A DNA stretch of 64,000 bases from Amoebidium appalachense (GCA_963693365.1 CAVNZM010000010.1:5953794-6017793), one strand, 5' to 3'. Positions 1-11,802 are shown, counted from the stretch's first letter. Numbers and translations are program-made. Notes: a model not told the origin generated them from the sequence alone.

Positions 1-2785
1 GTGCCTCCATATACACGACCTATGTCGGTTTGTTTATATGCATCATATTGCACACGCACACATGATAACTGTGATAGTGTAGTTGTGCAGTAGTAAAAAA
101 GATGTGAACAGATGAGCCAAAACGGCCACGCATGCAATCATCATATTCCTAGCCACGCGCACACACAGGTGATGAGCAAGAGGTCGCGTGGGTTTCCGAT
201 TTTCTTTCTTTTCTTTTTTTTTTTAGACATACGGTGCAAAGTCCATTTCACTGGATATATTGAATGATAACCTGTATTTCTGTTATGCACACGAATGAAT
301 GATGTCTTTTCACAATGTGTAAGTGTGCTATCCATTTTAACAGTTCCCTTCAATAAGGTCCGGGTACGGCCAATGATTTTTCTGGTCGTCTGTAGTGAAT
401 GAACACGGGAAACCGAGCTATAAGCTTGCCATGTCTGTCCGGCAACTAATATTAATAGAGCTCAAAGTGCGGTTAATCATTATAAACAACATACTCACAC
501 TTACTGTGTGCTGTATTCTGCCTTAAGGGTGTGTGTAATTTTGGGTTTGTGTACATACTTGCGCCGTTTCGCATCGCCACTCGCCAGGCAGGCCACTCTC
601 CAGAAACCGCATCCGGCAAATGTGCACCTTTCTTCTAGCCAAAGGTCTGGGCCAGTAATTACGTAAGCTCTATTCTACGCTGGTTGGATAGGATGCTCCC
701 TCCCAAGCTCTGAAGCTTGTAGGTAATAATTGTGGTATGTATTGGAATGTTCTCGATCGCAGGACCAACATGGGAGGCTCCTCAGTTGTGCAAAGTGGGT
801 GATCGTGTACTGTAGTGTGTGCGCATGCGCCTGGCCACGGGGTAGTAATGAGTGCAATACAGGCCTGTACGTTATGTACTACCTACGTATGCACTTCGTA
901 GGCACCACAGAACATAGTTGTAGTATCACACCGTGTGTGGATATGCATTGCAAACGTCAGCCTGAGCATGGGTTCAGTTGTGTACCTTATGTACTCTATG
1001 AATGTGTATCTGATTCATGTCACAGTGTCAACATGTAAGACTTATCCTTCACGCAGATATCCGGGTATTACAGGAGGGTCCACGGTAGTGGGTTGGCACA
1101 TGATACTATAACATATCAGAGTTATTCCTTAATATCCCAGGAATCCATCCACATATATATCGACGCGCTGAATGCCTATCGATATTGGTTTTTCTCGATG
1201 GTGCACCGGATGTGGCAATGGCAAGTGCCTAAATATGGAAAAGGCCATATATGGGCAAAGCAATTATCAATTCGCGCTCAGTGCACTATGTCAATGGCGA
1301 CTTGAAGAAAGAAAACGGGAGGGGAGGGCGGGGGCAAGGGGGGGGAAGGGGGAGGGGGGAGATAGGGCCGGGACACTGGGATTGCAAGCTTCTGAATCAT
1401 CAGGAATCGAAAAAACGTTGACTCTCACACGGTAGCCGACACGTGCATGATAATTGTGAAATCGAATGTACATAGGTTAGTGCACGTTCGTGTGTTTGTG
1501 TGTGCGTATGTGTGCCTACAGCTGTGCGTAGGCCCGTGAATGTGTCAGACTCATTGCAATGTGGGTTTGCCTGCCTCCCTCCCTCTTTCTCCCTCTCTTT
1601 GTGTTTGTGTGTCTGATCCAGGGATTTAATGATGATGGTAGGGAAGACGGCTCCCCGGGGGGGGGGGGGGGGGGGGGGGGGGAGGGGGTTACTGCAACAG
1701 TTTCTATAATTCTTCTTTCTTGGTTTGCTTGATCGGATATGATCGGGGGGGGGGGGGGGGGCTGCTGCTGCGGATCAAGTCACTGTGATATTGTTTGTTC
1801 ATTCAACTGATCCAGATTCTGAATTAATTGCCCATCTTAAGCTTTAGTGCCCTGCCCCCTCCCCCCCTCCCCCCCCCCCCCCAACCCCCTCCCCCTTCGA
1901 GCCCCCCCCCACACACATACACCACCACCACCACCACACCACTCATCACAAGCTTCCCGTACGTACTGTCTATTATTTGCAAACCAGCCAAATGCATCCC
2001 TCCCGATTCCGTTGGGGTCCCGGGCCCCTGGCCTTAGCCCACGGCGGAAGAGAAGGAGGGGAGCTTGGGGATGCCCGGTTGTTTGATTTGTCAATGACAA
2101 CACGGCCTTGGCACACGACAGCGTGATTGTTGGATATATAATTATTCCACCTTCCAAAAACTAATTTAAGATGTGTACCAGCATGACCAACCTATATTGT
2201 GCATACTGTAACAGAGGCAGAGGACACTCAGCGACAATGTCACATTTCGGCACCTAAGAGGCTCGCACGACTTGACCCCTTACACGTATGGTCAAATGCC
2301 CCCCCCCCCCCCCCTTCCCCCACCCCACCCCACCCCACCCCGTTTCCCTAACTATACACATTGCCGTATGTGTCCCCGAACACCCACACGACGACGACGT
2401 GCCATTGAATGGGCCACACGGCTACAATATACACAATTAGAAGGCGTTTATTTGTCCAACGGGATATGTAGACACGGGGCCAAGAGAAGGTACTATGTAC
2501 GAGGCCCGGGGGGGATTAGTGAAGGCCTGGCACGCACCGGTAGGCCCGGGGGGGAGGGGACTCGGGCCCGGGGGGAGGGGGGGGGGGGGAGGGGAGTGGG
2601 GAAGGGCCGGGGGGGGAGGGGGGGGGGGGGGGGGGGAGGGGATAAAGACTAAAAAACAATGGAGGAGGACAGCGAAGTCTGGCCGAGACTCTGAGGCAGT
2701 GGGAGCTCGAGGAGGGGAACCTGGGGGGCAAAAGAGGGAGAGCTCAAGCCAGTGGACACCGGTACCAGCTGCCAGTGGGGGCTAA

Positions 2786-2819
<34 letters not shown>

Positions 2820-3864
2820 GTTCACCGTGGCCGACATCTGCAACAGCTGTATGTTCCCGAGCACAATCATTGGTTTGTCTGGACTTGCCATATAACGTGC
2901 ACCAGCAAGAAATTGCGACAATCTAAAATGTTAACGAGCATTGCATGGCCATTTGGTGTCCTTCATTGTATACTGTAATCACACATGTGTCGGCATGTCA
3001 TCGGACATCAAGCCTGAACTTGCCGACACGGGCCTTATTTTGGTCTTATCTAAGTGCCATATAGAGCTGCGCCATCCTGTAGCTGACAGTGTTCATGTAT
3101 GTTTGTATGTTTGAGTGTATGCGCGTGAAGTGAAAAATGCCTCAGAGGCATGTGAATTGGAGGACGTGTGTGATTAGTATGCAAAGCCTCGTGAATTGGC
3201 GGGTGGCAAATGATCTGATGACAAGAGAGACCTTTTTTTTCTAGTTGACCATACATTATACATTTGAGTGTGCCACCACCAGGGGGCACGCTGTTGTTTC
3301 AGTACCGAACCTTTTTCTTTTTGGACTTTCCAACAGGTTTATAAATTCAGGGGGCTCTAGTTACTTAGATATGCCAATTTTCCACCACTCACCGAGCTCA
3401 ACGCGAGCTGAGAGCAAAAAGTGTACATGGCAAACAATACTTGCTTAGTATCCAGCTACATTCTCTGAGGACACTATTCTGGCCATAAAGATCCTATCTG
3501 ACCTATTTGTTATGTTCTAACCCTGAGTAGGCTACATGTAAAACATATGGTTCTCTTAGCCACCAGCACCTGGCAGCTAGATATACATTTAGGCATGAAA
3601 AATACAACCACCAGGGAAAAGATTGCAGCATTTTTGTATCGTTTTTCTTGTGCGAAAATCGACGGTGAAACATTTAAAGAGGAAGGCAATGTCCGAGGCA
3701 CAACCATACATGTTGTTCGTCAATCCCCACCAAGGCTCTAAAAACGAGGCGATGTCTAAAACTAATATAGAAACTCGTTCCCGAAAACTTGCTCAGATGA
3801 GCTCCACACCTACTTACATGTGCTAATTCATATCGCGTAACTGCAGGAACAACACAAGAGGACT

Positions 3865-5523
3865 TTACAGCGGCATCATCATTGCCATAGTGCTCGCAGG
3901 CTTGCGAGACTTGACGATAATAGTAGCGGGCTTGCTGGTGTCTGGGAGTGTCTTCCGCCTCTTATCAACCGTCGGCGTGCTAGCCGTCTTGGCCTTTGTC
4001 AACGGCGTGCGCATGAAGGAAAAGTCGCTCCGAATCAACGTGTTCGTGTTACTCTCAGAGGGGACCACGGTGACAAACGTCGCGGGGAACCACCCGACTT
4101 TCCCGTTGCATTCACCCTGCCAGAATCCACGACAATTCTCCGAGTACGTCAGAACGATAATGTCGCCGGCGCTGAATGAAAGCTCATCAAACAAGCGGGC
4201 GTCAAACGCACGTATGGCACGGAGAAGGGTGCCGGCCGGGTGTGCTGGAACGTCGCTCTTGCTTGAGATATTTATTGATTTTCCCTCCACATGTGCAGTG
4301 AGTTTTGTCGACGCCTGCCGCAGGCGCTGAGTCACTAGGCCGCTGTCTACGACGATAGTGCCGACCGGGAGTGGCTTGGAAATCATCTCGCCTGAGATGA
4401 CCGCCGGCCGCGCCACTTCGTGCGAATAAACGACGGGTTTCACGTTTGCAGGCGTAATACGCTCAACATTTGGGGTCTTAGGAACAAAAGGAACGGCGGG
4501 ATTGGGCGGTACCCGGGCCACATAACCCTGACTCTCCAGGAATGGATTCCAATACCCTGCCGAATCCAAAGGAGCGGAATTTGGAGTGTGTGGCTCGTCG
4601 TAGGCCAGGAATGGGTTGGAAGGGTGGAAATCGGTAGGAGTGGACATTGTGGTACTGCTGAGACTGCCCGTGCTTGGAACCTCCGCTAGACTGTGTGGCC
4701 GCGACAAACGGGGTGGGACGGGTGGGGGCTTACGCTGGGGTGGTTGTGCCGGCTCGGGTAGGCGGGAGAGAATATGTTTCCGTTGTGCAGCCGCCTGGCA
4801 ATGTGCACATTGGGGACAGCCCACGCTTGTTGGTGGCGGGGTTGGCGTGGTGTCAGCAACTGCCGGACCGGAACTTACTGTGGCCATGAAAACCACACTG
4901 TCCGTATTGTCAGTGGGAGGTGCTTTGGGTGCCGGGACAGACTCGACCAGGGTTGCATATGTTGTCCAGAGATCTGCCTCGGCTGCCTCGGGTGCCGAGA
5001 GCGTGCGACGTAAACCCATGGTGTCGTTGTGCCTTTTAGTCGGCACTACCCGCCGAGCTTTGACAGTAGATGACCACGGTACTGGCAATTGCGCATAAAA
5101 GAACTTATTCACTGCTCGCCCGCGTCTTGCTACTGGCTCGGTCTGAGGGATCTCTTCAACTGCAGCGTCGCACGGCAACGGGAAAGGGGACTTTGCAAGG
5201 TCCATCAAACTATCGCCCTGTTTGACGCTGTCATCCACCGACAACTCGGAACTGCATGTTGTCTCGTCCGCGATGGAATACCTTGAGGTGGCATCTACAA
5301 TGGAGAAACGCGATGTGACCGGGTGGGCTACTGATGCCTGGGACTCTGTAAAGCTCTTTCCTGCCGAAGAATCTCTCCCTTTGCTGGCGTTGGCTTGGAG
5401 GTGTTCGGGAAGTTGAAGTCGAGCCTCGCCGCCTCCTGCTAAACCACTGTTTGTGTGCCCATGGGCCATGGCATAGCTAAGGCGCTTTATGCGTTTGGCA
5501 GCACCTGCAAGCGTGGGCGCCAT
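3865..5523 (-). CDS. Intronless SH3-domain adaptor-like protein (552 aa) with a disordered Ser/Pro-rich body, two NPF motifs, PxxPxR motifs and a C-terminal SH3 domain
   Basis: The 630-codon ORF is stop-free; its first ATG is at 5523 (MAPTLAG...). SH3 signature LRAIRAFDARLFDELSFSAGDIIVL...GFWQGECNGKVGWFPATFVTV; also SNPFL, WNPFL and PPQRKPPPVPPR. The start codon is inferred; the track begins at an upstream non-ATG codon. Confidence 0.85.
   Translation of the reverse strand: MAPTLAGAAKRIKRLSYAMAHGHTNSGLAGGGEARLQLPEHLQANASKGRDSSAGKSFTESQASVAHPVTSRFSIVDATSRYSIADETTCSSELSVDDSVKQGDSLMDLAKSPFPLPCDAAVEEIPQTEPVARRGRAVNKFFYAQLPVPWSSTVKARRVVPTKRHNDTMGLRRTLSAPEAAEADLWTTYATLVESVPAPKAPPTDNTDSVVFMATVSSGPAVADTTPTPPPTSVGCPQCAHCQAAAQRKHILSRLPEPAQPPQRKPPPVPPRLSRPHSLAEVPSTGSLSSTTMSTPTDFHPSNPFLAYDEPHTPNSAPLDSAGYWNPFLESQGYVARVPPNPAVPFVPKTPNVERITPANVKPVVYSHEVARPAVISGEMISKPLPVGTIVVDSGLVTQRLRQASTKLTAHVEGKSINISSKSDVPAHPAGTLLRAIRAFDARLFDELSFSAGDIIVLTYSENCRGFWQGECNGKVGWFPATFVTVVPSESNTNTLIRSDFSFMRTPLTKAKTASTPTVDKRRKTLPDTSKPATIIVKSRKPASTMAMMMPL
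4064..4227 (-). other. SH3 domain coding segment
   Basis: AxxxF-x-ELSF-x-GDII-x-W-x-G-x-GWFPxxFV pattern characteristic of SH3 domains. Confidence 0.9.
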
Positions 5524-6475
5524 GCTGCTAATAGGGTGGTGTGTGTTTATAGTAGTAGTAGCATTGATTAAGTCTAAGATCTGTGTGTGGTCTATTATTT
5601 CTGCTAACGGACGAGAACCGGCACCTTTAAGAAAAACCCTAGGTTTGAAACGTTTGCAGTAGAATCGAAAGATTATACAGTTGTGTTCGTGTGTTATGAT
5701 AATTGATCTTGCAATGGTGGGGAATTGAGTTCCCAGAAGTGGGATCTCTACAAACACGAACTAATGTTAGTAAACAAAGAGGCTGTATAGGCTAGATATC
5801 CTCTCATGTTGCCGCTTTTGAGCATGGCTGTAGCCAAATGGCTTTATACCTCCCTATATTCCTACCAGTGTGGCAAGAGAGATAGGAAAAAAACAAGAGA
5901 GAACTGGTTGTGTTGTGTACAACTGAACCGTTTTCTTCGATCAGACGGCAGAAAGCGTAGCCTATCAAAACACCGGTGATTTGACTTCCATGATTTGCTT
6001 GTGCTATGATTCGCCAATTTAACATCTCAAAGAATCCCCCAAACTTCAATCTTTTGCATTAGCGTGGCTGCGGGTGAGGTATACATATGTGTTTCGTAAA
6101 TTCCATAAAATTCTCGTTTTGAATTTAGAAGATATAATAACCCAATAAATAGGAACATAATAATTTGAAACTATTTCTGAAAGCTTACTGAAAAGCACAT
6201 CATGCACCTTTAAAAGGTTTTGGGGGATTATCTTGGGACATTTTTTTACCAATGGGAAAACGGTCTTGCACTGTTGTGGTATCGCAATCAAGAGTTCAGT
6301 TCCTTGGAAAGAGTTGTAAGTGGATCGGGAAGAGCAATAAGTGCACCACTTTAAAAAAACCCAAACAAAATATATCATGTTGAAAAAATTACTTTCTTGG
6401 TGATTATTACAGTTTAGTAATTTGCAAACATCATTGAATGAACACCAACAGTGTGAACTTCCGAAAGGAGCCCCG

Positions 6476-6780
6476 ATTGGTCATTTTAGGTCAGTGTTCC
6501 AAGAAAGAACAAACTTTCCGTCAAGTAAATACGTGATCTGAAACCAATTAAATGAGCCTGAAAATCATTGAGGCGCATGAGTCTGACAGACTATACAAGC
6601 GCTGTTCTGTTTTTAGAACGTCAAAAGTACTTCTTATGGCTAATATAACAGATTTATGGCATGGGCTATGACAAACGCATGGCTCACCAATCGACAAGGT
6701 GGTTCAGGTTACGGTAGCCAATCGGCATTCAAACAGTTTGGCCTCGCGAGGCTCGCGCTCGCGAGTCGCGAATCGCGACA
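6476..6780. promoter_or_regulatory. Putative promoter elements upstream of the SH3 gene: several CCAAT/ATTGG boxes and a cluster of TCGCGA palindromes
   Basis: ATTGG near 6476, CCAAT near 6544, 6687 and 6718; TCGCGA at 6744, 6759, 6766 and 6773. Function is inferred from position only. Confidence 0.4.
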
Positions 6781-8179
6781 TCACATTGATCAGCCGGGTG
6801 GGCTGCCGCCAGCCCGCCACCTCGCCGCATGGTGGGCCCTATGCTGCATGCATGACCTGGTACAGGTATCACTCACCTAAGCGCGTGTCTCTTTTTTTCA
6901 CACCACAATGGCTTTATAGTTTTGTCTCTCTTTTCGTATGTATGGGAAGTTGCATAGGACAGACAAGATCTAGGCTAGCCGTTAACGCTTGCAATGAATT
7001 GCAGCACAGGCAGAGCGGCGCACGCACGACATTCATTGCCAAGGAAGACGCAGGCACGTTTGTAACTTACTTGAATGGTTGAACCTACCTTTGAAAGGTC
7101 AGCGTCAACGTTGGGTCACCATGGAGGTATGCGTACTGTAATAGCTGGCTGAATTGATCATGTGATTCATAAGTGAACGTGACTGTCAATTGTTTCCCCC
7201 CTACGAAAAAACAGAAAGTGTTTGGGTTTCGTGTTGAGACGTTGATGCCAGGCCTAAAGTAAAATTGTGCTGCCAGCACAGACGTCTGGGACCCCCTTGC
7301 CCCGTGCCCCAGTGCCACACTACGGTGGCACTGAGCCCCATCATCCCCTACAGAATCAGCGCACCCGGGCCAAAAAGGGAAGTTGAGGCAGATCCCCCAC
7401 AGTCGACGTCACAGCTGTGGCCCGTTGGCCGTGGCACGGCCGGCTGCAGCTGGTCAGTGATGGTGCCACTCTGCAGCACCTACAACATGTAGTACTGGTG
7501 ATTACATATTCAGTGAAGTGATTATTAGGGCAGGGACGTGGCAGACATGGGTGGCCGGTGTTGCCCACATTATACATGTACATATCTACTAGTACTGTAC
7601 ATGCTATCAATCTTCGTGGTCCATTTGCTCCTGTGTGCTGCATTCACCAATTCATATATTATATATATGATATGTGAACCGTCACGCGTCAAGCCTTTTG
7701 AGCGCGCTTATCTTTTCTTCACTGTCAGCTGCAGTGTATAATGTTTTTTAGTATTCACTAACTGCCAGAGTTATATGATCACTGACAGCGTGCACACTGC
7801 AGTGACTGCACACACTGCGTGCACCTGTACAGTCGTCAATGAGTCATATGATATCCTTCGAACCTTTTCCACGTGCACACCTTCAAAAGCGAGTAAGCGA
7901 CGTTGCCAGAACGGGCCGCCACCAGTCACCGGCTGGTTTACACCAGGCAGTGACTCGCGCGGTGACTCGGAGGCTCTAAGCCCATGTAAATCTATCCCAA
8001 AAACTACCTAAATCTCATATTGCTTTTCTCCCGATCTATCACAAAACCTACCTAAATATCATAGACCATATCCCGGAAAATCTTTTTTTTTCTTTTGACC
8101 GGAAAATCCCGAAAAATGGACCTAAATATCAAGTTCATCTATCCCCTGTGCCCATATCTATCCCGAGAAATATCATTTT

Positions 8180-8944
8180 AAACTTCACTTTCACGAGTCG
8201 ATCTCTTAGCTGTCACGTCAACTTTTTTTTCCCGATTCTTCACCATGGCAGGTATATAAAGGCTTTCGTTTCTTCATTTTGTGGTGGGAGGGAGTCCCAC
8301 TCAGGGGAACGTGACTGCAGCATGTGTGTGGTGTGGCCTGGTGCATTCCTACTGCTGTGAGAGTGTGGGGGCATCTCTCTTTCGTGGAGTTTCTTGCTTG
8401 AGAAGTGGTTTCTTCAACGCCTGGTGGTCCACTGCAACCTATGGTAACTTCTACACGCTGTCTACGCTTCTACACGACCTATTGGCGGTGGGCTGCTGCA
8501 ACTTCTTCAGCTACTTCTGCGCTGCGTGAACTAGGCCACCTTATCAGAGAGCTAGATGCAGTTTCTCCGGGTTATCTAGGGGCCGGGCCCGTTGGGATTG
8601 TTTTTTAGCTCAGATTTGGTCTGCATTGCTCTTTTAGAGGCTGACTTGCTTGCTGTGCCTCGGTAGGTTTTGAGGGGGGCCTGTTGGGAAGCAGCAGTAA
8701 TGATGTCTTCTTGCGGAGTGTGGTCTGGTCAACATCGATGCATATAACAATGACTAGTTGGAGCAAACTAGTTTCATGCATACACGTACACTTAAGGTTT
8801 TGCCCGCTGGTGTCCTTTGTCACTTGTCGCTTTATTTTTAATTCGTAGCTTTGGCTTTTTCAGTTCTATTGGTGGTTATGTAACCTGTGGCTGCACGTTG
8901 CCTTCATCAACGAATTAATAAAACCGAGTCAAAAGAAGAAAAAA
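8180..8944 (+). mobile_element. PolyA-tailed retroposed insertion (possible 5'-truncated LINE remnant) nested in the TIR element
   Basis: Flanked by the 12-bp direct repeat AAATATCATTTT (8168-8179 and 8945-8956); ends with AATAAA near 8917 followed by an A-rich tail; splits the ATATCC repeat array. Confidence 0.5.
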
Positions 8945-9064
8945 AAATATCATTTTTCTCTCGCTGAAGTCTAAATATCCGGGCTAATATCCGGTGGACA
9001 CTAAACTTAGCCCGGCGGGCCGGTATCCATAATTTTTCGAACTTGACTCAGGCCTAAGTATCAC

Positions 9065-9085
9065 GTGTGCGTGCGTGTGTGTGTA

Positions 9086-9170
<85 letters not shown>
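9065..9170. repeat. (GT)n microsatellite
   Basis: Direct reading. Confidence 0.95.
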
Positions 9171-9173
<3 letters not shown>

Positions 9174-10454
9174 CACATGTGGCCGGCCCCGCACCGGAAA
9201 CAGTCACCATTCCACAGGCGGTTGGTGCGTGTGCGGTCGAAGCCACGCCAAGCAGAACAAGGAAGAGCCATGGTTTTGTATTGTCTGTGTGCACTCAACC
9301 GTTGACGGTTTCAAAAAAAGGCGCGGAGGGAACCGAAGGAAAAGGCGCGGAGGCTGAAAAGGCGCGGAGGGAAGCGAAGTTTTTCACGGCAAAAAGACTT
9401 TGGCGCCAACAACAGGGAACAAACACAGCAGGCACTCGCAAAGACAACAGGAACGCAAAAAGGCGAGAATACGCGTTCATGATTGGCACGTGATCGTCAA
9501 GGGAAAAGAAGAGGTGGGCAAAAGAGGAATTCAAGGGTTTCATTGGAGGCAGGGTGTGTCACAGCCAATAAACAAGAAAAAAGCATACATGTGGGACCCC
9601 CCAAACCCCCGTCTCTCTAGATTATACTTGATAGAGATCTATGGATAGGAGAGGTATGGTCAAGGGGGGGGGGGGGGGGGGGGGGGGGAATAACTTGAAA
9701 GACTTTAATAATAATTATTTTTTTGTTTAGAAAATCAAATTCAAAACTCTACAATGAGTAGGTGTGGCAGTGTATGCTGTCATGAAAAGGTCGACTACTC
9801 GACGACTAGTGGGGGTCCCTGATTGAAGGAGCTCGAAATTATTCTGATGCCGTTCTCAATGAAATGAGAGAAATCACTTATTTAACTCTCAATTTACTAG
9901 TACTGTGCAAACCCCCCTTTAAACGCAGGGTCTTTGACAGTTTGTTTGTACGGCTGCCATTGGCCTGTGTTTTCATTGGTCAAGCGTATGATGTGCCACT
10001 GCCTAGTTGCCATATAACTCATTGACACAAAAAACAAAAAACAAAAAAAAAACTGTGATATCCCTGGCCACAAACGTATGATATATCCCTAAACCCACGG
10101 GATATCTAAATCTATCCTGAGCGCTCGACCGGGATATATCCACCCCCTGTGGATAGATTGGAAATCCCGCCCCTCCTTAAATATCATTTGGAACTATCCC
10201 AAAACTGCCTAAATATCCGGATATATCCCATATCACGAGGGCCCCTAAATATCCTGTGGAGATGCGGGATTTTTTTACATAGGCTTCCTCGTTACATAGG
10301 ACATAAGAGTCACACAGGCGGTGCGTCAGTCCATGGCACGTGTCATGTTGGCACCATAACGCCATCGGCGCATTACTGCCAAAATTTATATGCACAGCAC
10401 TACCAAGGGAATGATGGCAATCAGCGACACGTTTGTTTGTCCCTCCCATGTGTT

Positions 10455-10927
10455 TGTTGTTGTTCGTCCAATGAGTGTTCATTTCTCATGGCGTTGTATT
10501 ACTCATACTTATGATGGAGCATAATATAATAGTAGACGGACGTGTTCATGTCATTGAGCTGTGCACGTGCACGTGTTTCTGGTGTTATTATATAAGATCT
10601 CTAGAGGATGTATCATGATTCAATGAAAATGATGATAAGATACTGGTCGTCACTCGTCAGTGGTCGACAACTGTGACAGATGTTGTTGTTCGTCCAATCG
10701 ATCAGTGTTCATTTCTCAAGGCGTTGTATTCCAATACTTATGATAGAGCATAAGTAGGCGGACGTGTTCATGTTATTGAGCTGTGCACGTGCACGTGTTT
10801 CTGGTGTTATAATAATGGAGTATGTATTATAGTTACGACCATGATGATAAGATACTGGTCGTCAGTGGTCGACAACTGTGACAGAATATGATGATAAATT
10901 ACTGGTCGTCAGTTGTCGACAGTGACG
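10455..10927 (+). repeat. Diverged tandem duplication: two units (about 226 and 205 bp) plus a partial third
   Basis: TGTTGTTGTTCGTCCAAT starts at 10455 and 10681; GAGCTGTGCACGTGCACGTGTTTCTGGTGTTAT and ATGATGATAAGATACTGGTCGTCA...GTCGACAACTGTGACAGA recur in both units; the last block recurs again at 10888. Confidence 0.9.
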
Positions 10928-11184
10928 TCGCCGAATGCTTCGGACTCCAGGCGCCCGTTGACAGCGAACAGGGGCTTCCTCAGGCCCTGACAATGCAAAG
11001 TTTTATGGGCCACAGTGGCCGCGACATAATCGGTGATGTGTATACGCCAATGCTGAACAACGGCAACACTTGGAATGTGCATGTCAATACTAGTAAATAC
11101 AAGTGACAACCGAAGGGGAGATATCTCTAGAGGGATGGAGGGGAGGGCCCTGAGGGATCGAGCTCAAGGGAGGACTGAGTCGAC

Positions 11185-11284
11185 GTCGAGAGAGAGCTCG
11201 AGAGAGAGAGCTCGAGAGAGAGAGCTCGAGAGCTTGACCGTCCTCGACATCGAGAGAGAGAAAGAGAGAGCCTGAGAGAGAGAG

Positions 11285-11351
<67 letters not shown>

Positions 11352-11380
11352 GGGAGAGGGAGGGAGGGAGGGAGGGAGGA
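11185..11380. repeat. (GA)n / GAGCTCGA / (GGGA)n polypurine tract
   Basis: Direct reading. Confidence 0.9.
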
Positions 11381-11571
11381 AGGGATGCATGGATGGATGG
11401 ATAGAGGGGATGACCTGAGGGAAGTAGGGGGAGCTGATCACGAAGCAGAGAGAGAGAGGGAGAGAGACATAGAGATAGAGAGACGAGAAAGAGAGAGGGG
11501 GGAGTAACTTTGGGATGGTGACCTGTGAGAGTGGTGAGAGAGAAACGGACCCGGACATAATATTATTAGGT

Positions 11572-11648
11572 GTCACTGGCAGCGGAATATGATACGGACA
11601 TTGCCAATGCATGAGTCACTGGCAGCGGAATATGATACGGATATTGCC
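11572..11648 (+). repeat. Two-copy tandem repeat with 43-bp period
   Basis: GTCACTGGCAGCGGAATATGATACGGAYATTGCC at 11572 and 11615. Confidence 0.9.
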
Positions 11649-11680
11649 CTGAGCCGGGAGGAGAAGGGGGCGGCCCAGGG

Positions 11681-11785
<105 letters not shown>

Positions 11786-11802
11786 GGCATGAGACAACCC
11801 TT

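Larger units (their letters stand above)
7978..10286. mobile_element. Putative non-autonomous DNA transposon with imperfect 21-bp TIRs and many (CTAA)ATATCC subterminal repeats
   Basis: Left end AAGCCCATGTAAATCTATCCC; right end reverse-complemented AAGCCTATGTAAAAAAATCCC. ATATCC/CTATCC motifs cluster at 7990-8165, 8970-8995 and 10058-10255. No clean TSD and no transposase seen. Confidence 0.5.

Noticed and set aside
2820-2980. LYVPEHNHWFVW resembling a Ulp1-protease or MULE motif
   Set aside because: Only a few residues match and there is no supporting context.
1-3800. Possible additional gene, tRNA or rRNA in the left flank
   Set aside because: No coherent exon chain, domain motif or RNA-gene structure was recognised.
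3890-5416. Plus-strand ORFs of 64-160 aa
   Set aside because: Antisense shadows of the SH3 gene.
9170-9298. Minus-strand peptides GDCFRCGAGHMC (knuckle-like) and WLFLVLLGVASTAHA (signal-peptide-like)
   Set aside because: Short, in different frames, run into a microsatellite, and no splice partners were found.
9593-9819. 9-bp inverted repeat GGGACCCCC as a MITE boundary
   Set aside because: Too short and low in complexity, with no TSD.
10629-10927. Repeated ATGATGA resembling C/D snoRNA C boxes, or a CRISPR-like array
   Set aside because: No matching CTGA D box or terminal stem; the sequence between repeats is itself duplicated rather than unique spacers; eukaryotic context with no cas genes.
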